Source: Acaryochloris sp. IP29b_bin.137 | Lineage (GTDB): Bacteria > Cyanobacteriota > Cyanobacteriia > Thermosynechococcales > Thermosynechococcaceae | Direction: 5' to 3' | DNA: 20,210 nucleotides | Assembly: GCF_028285745.1 (NCBI RefSeq) | Contig: NZ_JANQOP010000042.1 | Location: forward strand, 1-20,210 | Part shown: piece by piece, positions 1 to 8,466 of the stretch | How the letters are laid out: every line of letters begins with the position of its first letter | How positions within the stretch are numbered: position 1 is the first letter of the stretch | The notes under the pieces: generated by a model | Database searches by the model: none | Seen by the model: only the letters and a program-made list of their open reading frames with translations | What the model was told of the DNA's origin: nothing | Program-made: the position numbers and the translations under genes

Positions 1-159
1 TTCATTTAGACGCATCGACTGCTGAAAAACCAACTCTGTGGGATTGAACATAAATTCAATATCTTTACTCTTGTCCGTGGGTTGGTGGACTAAAGTTGCC
101 TTGGCTAACTTGCCTGAGGCAACGGCACTATTATTACTGCGAGAACCACTATAGGTCAT
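1..159 (-). CDS. N-terminal 53 codons (truncated by window edge) of a contractile injection system tube/LysM-type adaptor protein (Afp7/Pvc7-like)
   Basis: Reverse strand reads ATG at 159..157 and stays open to base 1: MTYSGSRSNNSAVASGKLAKATLVHQPTDKSKDIEFMFNPTELVFQQSMRLNE. The 'IEFMFNPTEL' block is typical of the N-terminus of CIS tube/LysM adaptor proteins, and it sits directly downstream of a gp19-like tube gene. It was not in the ORF track because it is partial. Confidence 0.72.
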   Translation of the reverse strand, partial: MTYSGSRSNNSAVASGKLAKATLVHQPTDKSKDIEFMFNPTELVFQQSMRLNE

Positions 160-188
160 GGTTTATTTTCAACCTTTTCGTTAGAACA

Positions 189-3100
189 TCACCAAGGCAA
201 ACGACCGGAATGATACCCTCCATGTCGTTCTCGTTCGACTTCTAAGCGCTGACGCAGGACATGATAGATCTCCCTTGCTAGGATTTCGAAATTTTGCTCG
301 TCTACTTCAGATTCGGTGGGCTGTTCTGTTTGGAACTGGCGCATCACCACTTCGGTGGTTGGAGGAGTGGAAGAGACCGGAGGCGTTGCAGATACCTTTT
401 GCACGGTTTGGGTCCGCTGGATGGGAGCAGGTTTTCGTTGGACTTGCTTCTCAGGATAAATTCCAGTGGGGGTGAGGACTAAATCTGATGTAGTTACAGA
501 CGCTGGAGAGGGCGATTTTGTTTTACGTTGGACGATTTTAGGTGATTGTGGTTGAGCTGTGAATAGATCTTCGATACTAGACCAACTTGAAGGGAGTGCC
601 TGGTCTGAACGACTATTTGAGCGCTGTATTGCGGGCGCGATCGCACCCTCTACACCTACCTCCAAAGTATCCTCAAAACTTGCCACATCTCCAGAAACAG
701 AGACTAGATCTGGTGGAGCATCTAGACTTGGGAAATGGCTGGGTGCCTGGGATTGGCGCTTAGGTTTACTGGTAGGCAAAAGGCTACTCAGGTGCTTAGG
801 AGAAACCAAGTTATCTGAAATGCTGGACAAGGGCGAGGGAGCCTGGCCGTTCGCCAGTAGCTGAGCAACGGTTAGATCTGGGGAGTTTCCTTCAGATAGA
901 TCTGATTCAGGGGGTTTAGCCGCTAACTCAATAACTCGTCGTTGAGGAGAATCTGTAGAATCCGACGAAGTATGTTCTTCTTCTATCTCCTGATGGGCTC
1001 CATCAGGAGTGGCTTCTGCTTGGCGCTGAACTATTGGTTGATTTAGTTCTAATGATTGCGACTTAGTTGAAGTGAGAGGGGGACCAATATGATCTGCTGT
1101 GGAAGCCTGAATATTTGAATCAGCACTTACTTGAGGAACTTCTGCAACCTCGGATTTTTGTGCAGTATCAGGAGATGATTCTGTATGAGTAAGGCCAGGA
1201 CCTGCTTCTGTCAAGGAAGCGTTGTTTTCCAACTTTGGTTGAAGAGGTTGATTCTGGTTTAGGTCGGAGGATGGACTTGACGATAGCTCTGGAGCGGGCG
1301 GGTTAGTCGTTCCACTATTCTCTTCGGGGAGCTGAGCTGAAATTTCTATCACCCGACGATGGGAAGAATCTATCTTGTCCGGTTGAGGCTGGATGCTTTC
1401 TGATACTTGAGGGGATGAATCAGCAATATTTTCAGTTGTAAGTTGTTGTAATTCTGGAGTTTCTGTGTCAGAAATATTCGGATGGGTTGGGGCATTGGAA
1501 TTAACCTGATCCGAATTGTTTGAACTTGAGGTGGATAGGGTCGAATCGGACTTTGTATTGGGCTGATGAGTAGATTGAATGATTCCTGACTCTTCTGAAA
1601 TATCGGTAGGAGCCGCATTAGGGGTGTGAGATTCCTCTACTGTTGAGGATTGAATGACGGGGGCTAATTCAGACAGATCAACGGAAGGTGTGACGGTTGG
1701 TGGAGTTTGCGACGAAATCTGTGGTGCAATTTGCTGTGGTTCGGATGGCTCAGTTGATTGGGAAAGTTGGCTATCTGAGGTGGGTTGTATGGAGAGATTA
1801 TCTTCAGCTTTTGAAGTTGATGCTTGAATGCGATCGCTCTCATCAAACGATTGACCAGAGATCGCTTGCTGAGGCTGTGATTCAGCCTTGGGTTGAACCA
1901 CGGAAATCTCAACAGTTTGAATTGGAACATTAGAAGTTGGCTTAGATGCCAGATTTGATTCTTCTGTGGTTGATTCTGACGGCGCAGAAGGATCTTCTAA
2001 TTCAGGAGTTTCAGAGGCTTTTAGCTGAGTGTTTTCTGGTTCGCTAGTCTCAGTACTCAGCTGAATAATGTCGTTCGTCCCGGCGGTATTTATACTCGCG
2101 CTATCGCTTGTATTTAGGGGCGCAATATTATCTGCAGTGTCTGAGGCAGAATTAGGGCTTTGAGGAGAAGCAATATTCGTATCATCGGCTATAGCAGGCG
2201 ATGAAATCGTTTCAGAAACGTTCTTCTCGGTCAGATCTACTTTGGCTTGAATCGTAGGAGAAGGATGATCTTCCTGAATGTCGAAGTCTTGCCCTCCATC
2301 TGGGAATGTTTTGTTATGAGTACTATCCAGATTGTGGCCAGACGTTTGGGTTAATGAGTCGCTTACATTGTCGAAATTGGGTCTGAAGGTTTGAACTAGG
2401 GATGTTGAGGGATCAACTCCTAAACCACTAACCTCGATCTCAGAAATCTCATTAGCATCATTGAACTTACTCTCACTGGAAAGCTGGTTTTGTTCTGCCC
2501 TAGAGTGCTGGGCAGATGAATGGGGGTTAGGTGTGAGCTGCTGTTGAGGTTGAATCGGGTGAGTTGTTGATGGATATTCAACCTTAGTCTGAATAGAAAT
2601 TTCACCAATGGGCGGACATTCTGGAGATGTTGATGCTGTTGCCGGGACAGTTTGTTCTAGTGAATGTTGAATATCAGAGTCTGGTAGAGAAGGTGTAGAT
2701 TGATCTTGAGTAATGTGCTGTGGGGATAGGCTATCTTGATCGGCGGATGGGTTGGCTAGTGGAGTCTGAGTATCGGATATTCCTAAATCCTCTTGAGGGA
2801 TTTTTTGCGCCTGGACAGGTAGTACAGTTTGAGGATGCGTATTTGAGACGGTGGAACCTGTTGATTGTTTTATTGAATCATCAACGGGCTGTGATGTTTG
2901 TGGATGAGATGTGGCTTGATGTTGGATTGGGTCTCCTTCACTACCCGTACTTGGATTAGCGGCTGCTTGCGCTGATACTTCACCTTGAGAAACGTAATCT
3001 TTCTGAGAAGCAAGTCGCCTCTCATTTGAAGTAGACGGAGAAGGAAGTTCTGCTTTTCTCTGAATATTGGGTTCGTTGGCATAGCTTGAACTCTCTATGT

Positions 3101-6100
3101 CTGGGGGATTAGAGTCGGTTCCTTCAGCAGAGATGGGCTGTGGTTGGATAAATTCTGATGTGTGTGAATTCAGCTCAGCGGAGCTATCAACTAAGGGTGA
3201 AGGAAGATCAGATGCAAGATTTTCTGATTTTGGGGAGTCAACAGTGGCTGATGGTTCGATTCTTGGAGGTTGGTCTGAGACCATCTCATTCTGCACCGGA
3301 CCTGCATCATCCTTTTCACTAATATGCTGACTTTGTACTGCTATATCTCCCGTATTGGGTGATGCTTGTGTCTGAACAGTTGGTGGTTTTGAGATTTCTG
3401 GCTGATCCGTAGATTGAGAGATTTGATCTGGTACAGAATTTGAGGCAGGGGGGATTGAAGGGGTTGACGTCTTCTCGCTGGATAGTTGGGCTGGAGATGT
3501 TGACTTCTGTTTTTTTGTCTTGCGTTTGGACTTCGCCTTTTTAGGGCGCAAATTCGCTAGCTGCTGAACAATGGTTGTTCCTATTTTTGAAATAGGGGAA
3601 TTGAGGGGATTGTTGCGATCGCGACTTTGAGACGATTCAGAGATTACAATACTTTGATGGTCTGGACTCACAGACGTTAATTCAGAGCTATTTTGAGACT
3701 TCTGGATAGAGTTCTTATTTTGCGATCGCAACGTCGCATCACTTTGTTCTGAATCTTGTTGTGGCGTCTTAACCTCTGCTTCATCAATAGAGTTAGTTTG
3801 AATCGGAGGCACTGCGTTTACTTCTGCTAGATTATTATCTTCGTCTAGTGAAGGCGTAACGACAGAGTTTCCACCAGTTTGCTCCAGACTTTCTATTGCA
3901 GAGTTAGATAGAGGAGCGAGTTGTACTGGATCAGTCTCTAAGGTTTGCTCCTTACCTGAGTTCGGCTCAGCAGAAGCCTGAATATTATCTTCATTAGACT
4001 CAGAAACATCTGCAGGTTGTATGGATAGGTTGGTCTCTGCAACACCGAGGGATTGAGTTGGTTCAACCGAACTCGCTTCCTTCGCTGACTTAGGCTTCGA
4101 CAATGGATCTTGTGAAATTTGTCTTCGTATCGACCGATTAACCCTCTCTTTAATTTTTGATCCTAGATTGACGAGTTCATCTGCGACTTGATTCTGAAGT
4201 GCTTGCCACTCAGGTTTAACCACATTGGATTGTGATTCTGATTTCGAAAGAGAGGCTGGTATCTGCTTTTCCTGAGTCGAGGGTTCCCTAGAGCGACTCG
4301 GAGCGGATATTTTCTCAGGTTGAAGAGGCACAGATCCTAAAGGTGGGGATTCTGCTGTCTGCGAAATGGGAAATGATTGAGTTTGGAGATTTTCTTCGGT
4401 TGTTTTCTGAATAGGAAGATTGGCTAGACCCTCTTGGCTCCCTTGAACGCTAGCACTGGGTGAAGACTGTGAACTAAGATCTGCATCCGGTGCTGAAGGT
4501 TGGGCCTGAGTGCCTGGCAGTGCCGAACCTGCTGTGATGTCATTAGAGTTTTTGTTATTACCAGGTGTGGGTTGTTGGGGGTGTTTGCCTTCAGCTATCG
4601 TTCTTTGAGATGGGACAGTTCCACTGGTGTGTTCTGCACTAATCTGCGCTGATGCGCTGGATGGGGTTTGTTGAGGGATAGCACCCTCATCAGGATGAGG
4701 CTCAATCTGGCGACTGACGGTATCCACAACCTGCTTACTGAAGCTGGTCAGCCGTTGCAGGGGTTGTGTTGGGAATTGTCTTCGCTTTTTTGACTTAGCT
4801 CGAGAAGAACTAGCCCCAGGACTAGAAACTATATCACTAGCCTTTTTCTGCTCTGCACTGGACTGCGATGCTGATGATTCAGATTCAATTTGATTTTGTC
4901 TAGTACCCTTGGAATTAGGGATAGGCTCAGACACCTCTGTGATGTCAGAGTTTGAGTCAGGATGTTTGTCTCGCTGAATTGTTGGCTCTGATATCTGCGT
5001 TTGTATTGGCGTAGAGGAAGGATGCTCTTGGGAGGAGTCATCTGATTCAGGGATTGCTTGAACAGTTGAAGCATTCTGTTGATGGTTGACAACCTCAGCT
5101 GCCTTTGGAAGCGTTTTTTCTGGAGAAGCTGTTTGCTCTGAGGCCTGCGTTTCGCTTTGGATTAGAGATAATTCCGGAGATGATTGTTTTGAGTCTGGAG
5201 ATGATGCGGCTGGAAGCGATGGAGTATTGGACGGTTGGAGTTGAGGGGAATTACTCGTGGAGCCTCTTTGCCTTGCCTTAGTTTCTGATTTGCCGATGGG
5301 GAGAGAGTCCGAAGCCTGCTTGAGCTGCTTACCAACCTTGTTAATATCCTGTTTAGCCCGTTCCCCCGCTCGCAAGAGCTGAGTTTGCAAGGGAATCTTT
5401 TTCTGTTTGCTTTTTTTGCTCTGTTTCTTCTGTTTTGTAGCAGATGTTTCAGTTGATGCCTGAGGAGAATGACTGTCTGATCTTTGGAGAATTTTTTCTT
5501 GTATCGCCTCCCTATCTGCCTTAATCGAAGAGCTAAGTGTAGAGGGATTCTCTGTTATTGAGGGTTCATGACTAGAACTAGTTTGTTTAGTCTCTACCGT
5601 TGGTGTAAGTGGGGTATCAGTAGTTGTCTGAGCCGTAGAACTCTCTTTTCTTTGAACACTTGTTGTCTCGATTGGTCTCCCGCTAGTCTGGGTTAGATCG
5701 TTAGGTGTCTTGTAACTCTCCTCCTGTAAAGGTTGATCATCAGGTGATTGTTGAGTGAAGGGTTGGGCAACTCTTTGGACAGTTGTCGGCTCTGTTGATT
5801 TCTCGTTGATTTGGACTGGAGTGCTGGGTGTTGCAGTATTTTCGATTGGTAGGCCATTGCTAACCGGGATGCTTGGATTAGTCTCTACTCTTGGGTTGGC
5901 GTGAGGAGACTGTGAGTTACTCGTTTGCTGATGGTTAGAAGGACTAGGAGATGACTTTACCGTCTGATTAATAGGCAAATCTGTGGTTTTGTCAGTCGAT
6001 CCTTCTGACGGTATAGAGACCCCATCCTCTTTGTTGGCAGCAGGGACATCTTGTGACTTTTGACTCGAAACGGATGGAGACTTTGCAAGTTGTATTTCAG

Positions 6101-7397
6101 AAACTTGCTGTTCCTGGTTTGGAGCAGGCAGAGGCGCTTGGCTCGAAGCTGACAGAAACTGTGCGCCAGAGACTTGCTGTTCCAGGCGATTAGGATTGTG
6201 TTCAGAACGTGGAACTTCTGGGGCTGATACTTCTTTGTTTTGGCCAACCAATTCTTTTGGCTTAGATTGAGCTACAGAAGTATCGTTGAAAGATGAAGCT
6301 TCTGGGTAGCTGGGTTGAAGGTGACCAGAGGTCTCTGAGTCTTTGATTGAAGGTGAATCAGAATGAGTGGGTTTAACAAGAGGCAGGGATTCTTGGTTAG
6401 GAGGCTTTACGTCTGAGTTTCTATGAGTTGCCTGTTCTCGATGATTAGAGGGGCTCTCTTGAATTGTGGGGAGCACAGAATCAGTATTGTCCAGAGGTTT
6501 CGCCTGAAGGGGCGATACTTCTGGTGGATGGGCAAAAGGACTTACTTCCTTAGAGCCTTCGGGGGGAGGATGGGCGATTGATTGTTGCTTAGTTTGGTCT
6601 GATTTTTGTTTGGACTCCTGATTAGGTTGCTCTGAAACCACCGCTGATGCTTGATAGCCTGAAGCATTTTCTGTTGGGGAGGGAACTGAGAAATTTGTAG
6701 ACTCTTGAGACTGAGGTTCAGTAGCTGGAAAGCCAAGTTCAGGAGCTTGGATCTGTTTGGGTTGAAGAGCATCATTAGGACCGCTTTGATCTGGATCAGT
6801 CTGCCTGACTGACTCAGCCTGATCAGAATGGGGGCTGGAAGACTGTGGAGAGATCGGATGCTCAGATGGAGGTTGAGCTGGGGAAGTTACTAGGGATTGG
6901 TCATCATTTAGAGCTGAACTAACCTTACTGGATGGCGACTGTTCTAATTCTGTTGCCGGAGCTGCATTGCTGGGGCTTATATCGGCATTGTTTGCAGTTG
7001 GTGGCTGTTCCTGATGGGCTGAAACTGACTCTGGTGGGGGTTGAAGCCTCTCGACGGATGCTTTTGGCATAAGAGCTTTGGGCTGTGCAGCTTCAGGAAA
7101 CTGGATTCCGACGGATGGAGAAATATGGGTATGACCTGAAAAGCTGTCGTCAATTATTTCCGTTGGCCCTTGAGCAGAGAAACGGTTATAAAGAGTATTT
7201 TCCCTGTCTTTTTCACCTGTTAGAGAAGTATCCAAATTGATTAGAGATACTGCACCTAAGGGAGACAGAGTATGAGGTTGGAGAAATGATTGTCCCAGCG
7301 CAGGGGGAGGTAGCAATGGATGCCTAAGACCAAGCGAGTCTGAGGAAGGAATCTCTTCCGGTAGGGATTGGTGACCTTGGCCTGAATTGATATCCAT
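189..7397 (-). CDS. Giant (2402 aa) low-complexity, Ser/Pro/Gln/Glu/Thr-rich, probably intrinsically disordered protein encoded inside a contractile injection system operon; function unknown
   Basis: Single uninterrupted ORF MDINSGQGHQSLPEE...HGGYHSGRLPW*, ATG start 12 bp after the tube gene stop, TGA stop 29 bp before the next CIS gene. Almost no Cys or Trp and no obvious TM segment. The only clearly helix-like ends and islands are the C-terminus and a few basic segments. Confidence 0.9.
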   Translation of the reverse strand: MDINSGQGHQSLPEEIPSSDSLGLRHPLLPPPALGQSFLQPHTLSPLGAVSLINLDTSLTGEKDRENTLYNRFSAQGPTEIIDDSFSGHTHISPSVGIQFPEAAQPKALMPKASVERLQPPPESVSAHQEQPPTANNADISPSNAAPATELEQSPSSKVSSALNDDQSLVTSPAQPPSEHPISPQSSSPHSDQAESVRQTDPDQSGPNDALQPKQIQAPELGFPATEPQSQESTNFSVPSPTENASGYQASAVVSEQPNQESKQKSDQTKQQSIAHPPPEGSKEVSPFAHPPEVSPLQAKPLDNTDSVLPTIQESPSNHREQATHRNSDVKPPNQESLPLVKPTHSDSPSIKDSETSGHLQPSYPEASSFNDTSVAQSKPKELVGQNKEVSAPEVPRSEHNPNRLEQQVSGAQFLSASSQAPLPAPNQEQQVSEIQLAKSPSVSSQKSQDVPAANKEDGVSIPSEGSTDKTTDLPINQTVKSSPSPSNHQQTSNSQSPHANPRVETNPSIPVSNGLPIENTATPSTPVQINEKSTEPTTVQRVAQPFTQQSPDDQPLQEESYKTPNDLTQTSGRPIETTSVQRKESSTAQTTTDTPLTPTVETKQTSSSHEPSITENPSTLSSSIKADREAIQEKILQRSDSHSPQASTETSATKQKKQSKKSKQKKIPLQTQLLRAGERAKQDINKVGKQLKQASDSLPIGKSETKARQRGSTSNSPQLQPSNTPSLPAASSPDSKQSSPELSLIQSETQASEQTASPEKTLPKAAEVVNHQQNASTVQAIPESDDSSQEHPSSTPIQTQISEPTIQRDKHPDSNSDITEVSEPIPNSKGTRQNQIESESSASQSSAEQKKASDIVSSPGASSSRAKSKKRRQFPTQPLQRLTSFSKQVVDTVSRQIEPHPDEGAIPQQTPSSASAQISAEHTSGTVPSQRTIAEGKHPQQPTPGNNKNSNDITAGSALPGTQAQPSAPDADLSSQSSPSASVQGSQEGLANLPIQKTTEENLQTQSFPISQTAESPPLGSVPLQPEKISAPSRSREPSTQEKQIPASLSKSESQSNVVKPEWQALQNQVADELVNLGSKIKERVNRSIRRQISQDPLSKPKSAKEASSVEPTQSLGVAETNLSIQPADVSESNEDNIQASAEPNSGKEQTLETDPVQLAPLSNSAIESLEQTGGNSVVTPSLDEDNNLAEVNAVPPIQTNSIDEAEVKTPQQDSEQSDATLRSQNKNSIQKSQNSSELTSVSPDHQSIVISESSQSRDRNNPLNSPISKIGTTIVQQLANLRPKKAKSKRKTKKQKSTSPAQLSSEKTSTPSIPPASNSVPDQISQSTDQPEISKPPTVQTQASPNTGDIAVQSQHISEKDDAGPVQNEMVSDQPPRIEPSATVDSPKSENLASDLPSPLVDSSAELNSHTSEFIQPQPISAEGTDSNPPDIESSSYANEPNIQRKAELPSPSTSNERRLASQKDYVSQGEVSAQAAANPSTGSEGDPIQHQATSHPQTSQPVDDSIKQSTGSTVSNTHPQTVLPVQAQKIPQEDLGISDTQTPLANPSADQDSLSPQHITQDQSTPSLPDSDIQHSLEQTVPATASTSPECPPIGEISIQTKVEYPSTTHPIQPQQQLTPNPHSSAQHSRAEQNQLSSESKFNDANEISEIEVSGLGVDPSTSLVQTFRPNFDNVSDSLTQTSGHNLDSTHNKTFPDGGQDFDIQEDHPSPTIQAKVDLTEKNVSETISSPAIADDTNIASPQSPNSASDTADNIAPLNTSDSASINTAGTNDIIQLSTETSEPENTQLKASETPELEDPSAPSESTTEESNLASKPTSNVPIQTVEISVVQPKAESQPQQAISGQSFDESDRIQASTSKAEDNLSIQPTSDSQLSQSTEPSEPQQIAPQISSQTPPTVTPSVDLSELAPVIQSSTVEESHTPNAAPTDISEESGIIQSTHQPNTKSDSTLSTSSSNNSDQVNSNAPTHPNISDTETPELQQLTTENIADSSPQVSESIQPQPDKIDSSHRRVIEISAQLPEENSGTTNPPAPELSSSPSSDLNQNQPLQPKLENNASLTEAGPGLTHTESSPDTAQKSEVAEVPQVSADSNIQASTADHIGPPLTSTKSQSLELNQPIVQRQAEATPDGAHQEIEEEHTSSDSTDSPQRRVIELAAKPPESDLSEGNSPDLTVAQLLANGQAPSPLSSISDNLVSPKHLSSLLPTSKPKRQSQAPSHFPSLDAPPDLVSVSGDVASFEDTLEVGVEGAIAPAIQRSNSRSDQALPSSWSSIEDLFTAQPQSPKIVQRKTKSPSPASVTTSDLVLTPTGIYPEKQVQRKPAPIQRTQTVQKVSATPPVSSTPPTTEVVMRQFQTEQPTESEVDEQNFEILAREIYHVLRQRLEVERERHGGYHSGRLPW
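3555..5354 (-). repeat. Four-copy degenerate protein-level motif [KES][QRK]xxxx[VI]x[KRQ]Q[LI]x inside the giant ORF
   Basis: KQDINKVGKQLK (5319-5354), KQVVDTVSRQIE (4701-4736), ERVNRSIRRQIS (4113-4148), SKIGTTIVQQLA (3555-3590). Spacings are 618, 588 and 558 bp. Each is near a basic tract (KKSKQKK, KSKKRR, KPKSAK, RPKKAKSKRKTKKQK). Confidence 0.5.
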
Positions 7398-7409
7398 AAA
7401 CTTTGCAAG

Positions 7410-7973
7410 TTAGTTACTGGGGTAAAATCCTCCGGCATTCGTATCTCTGCCTTTTAAGAAGGTGGCCCCACCGCCTGCATTACTGCTGGGTTGCAGATTG
7501 GCAACAACTTTTAGACCTTCATAGGCCAGGGTGAGTTCTTCGATCGCAACGGTGGATGCATCCGCTTGGAGGGATGGCGCTTGCCAACCCACGGGAACGG
7601 CACCAATTAAGGTCCAGGTCTGTATCGTTTCTCCCGCTTGATTAAATAGGAGAATGTTGATATTACGACGCTGAGGATTGACATTGCGATCGCTGGGCTC
7701 TAGCTGGGTGAGCATCCGACTGGCCCATCCCCAAAACACCAGATCATTGGTGATCCCCCGTTTGAGGGTGACATCGGAGAATTCGGTTTGGCCGAGGATA
7801 ATCCGCTGTTGGTTGTTAACACCACCTTCAAAGTAGGTGTCATGCTTAATTTTGGCGCTTAACCCTGAACATTCGCTAAAGCAAGCACTGATATAGCTCT
7901 TCTCTTGGATCTCGACATAAAAGCGGTTGGCGGTGACATAGTTGAGGTTATGGGTTTCGCTGTTGCTGGCCAC
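7410..7973 (-). CDS. Phage-tail-like contractile injection system inner tube protein (T4 gp19-like / conserved phage tail region family)
   Basis: 187 aa with NYVTANRFYVEI...FSECSGLSAKIKHDTYFEGG.N....I.GQTEFSDVTLKRGIT....F..W, ...NINILLFNQAGETIQTWTLIGAVPVGWQAPSLQADASTVAIEELTLAYEGLKV, the characteristic tail-tube pattern. Starts with GTG (7971-7973). Confidence 0.88.
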   Translation of the reverse strand: MASNSETHNLNYVTANRFYVEIQEKSYISACFSECSGLSAKIKHDTYFEGGVNNQQRIILGQTEFSDVTLKRGITNDLVFWGWASRMLTQLEPSDRNVNPQRRNINILLFNQAGETIQTWTLIGAVPVGWQAPSLQADASTVAIEELTLAYEGLKVVANLQPSSNAGGGATFLKGRDTNAGGFYPSN

Positions 7974-8428
7974 TAATATCGCCCCCCATAGTTCTGCTGC
8001 CGCTCACGCTGATATTGCAAGTCGTTTTGCATCAGTTCATAAATACGATCGCACAATTTCGATTGCGCCAGGGGATCTTGCAAAACTTGAGACGCGAGTT
8101 GCATAACCGCTTGACGCTCTGGAGGACTAACGGATAACTCTAAATAACGATATCCAGCAGGGGGTGGACCGATTCCCCACTGACCTCTCTGTCCTTGATC
8201 CCCTTGGTTCATCTGCCTAAATCCCCATAAGACATTCTGTCCATCCATAGCCAACCCATCAGCAATATTGGGGTCGGGGGACCGCTTATTACTGTATGGC
8301 TCTACCGGAGCTGTCGAAAGTAGACCAAAGTCTAACTTGTCAAGTTGCTCTTCTGTATGCCAGGAATGAACGCATACAAAATTGTAATTTTGGCTTTCCT
8401 GGAGCATAGGAAAACTCAAAGGGGTCAA
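7973..8428 (-). CDS. Uncharacterised 151-aa protein at the head of the CIS operon
   Basis: ORF MTPLSFPMLQESQNYNFVCVHSW...RIYELMQNDLQYQRERQQNYGGRY. Putative TTG start (8426-8428) preceded by AAAGGA-like sequence; alternative ATG at 8407. TAG stop overlaps the GTG start of the tube gene (TAGTG), implying translational coupling. Confidence 0.75.
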   Translation of the reverse strand: MTPLSFPMLQESQNYNFVCVHSWHTEEQLDKLDFGLLSTAPVEPYSNKRSPDPNIADGLAMDGQNVLWGFRQMNQGDQGQRGQWGIGPPPAGYRYLELSVSPPERQAVMQLASQVLQDPLAQSKLCDRIYELMQNDLQYQRERQQNYGGRY

Positions 8429-8466
8429 TCAGTCCTTTTCGCCATCGGCTACCCATGGGTAAATTT

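Noticed and set aside
189-7397. Giant ORF as a classical phage tape-measure protein
   Set aside because: Position after a tube gene and great length are suggestive. However, the chain is Pro/Ser/Gln-rich without long coiled-coil or hydrophobic TM stretches, and CIS tape-measure proteins normally lie elsewhere in the cluster. Kept as function unknown.
275-7438. Many 60-100-aa ORFs overlapping the giant ORF (for example 559..864 +, 3097..3330 +, 4829..5092 -)
   Set aside because: They are shadow frames of a 7.2-kb low-complexity coding sequence, with no recognisable domain, RBS or conserved signature.
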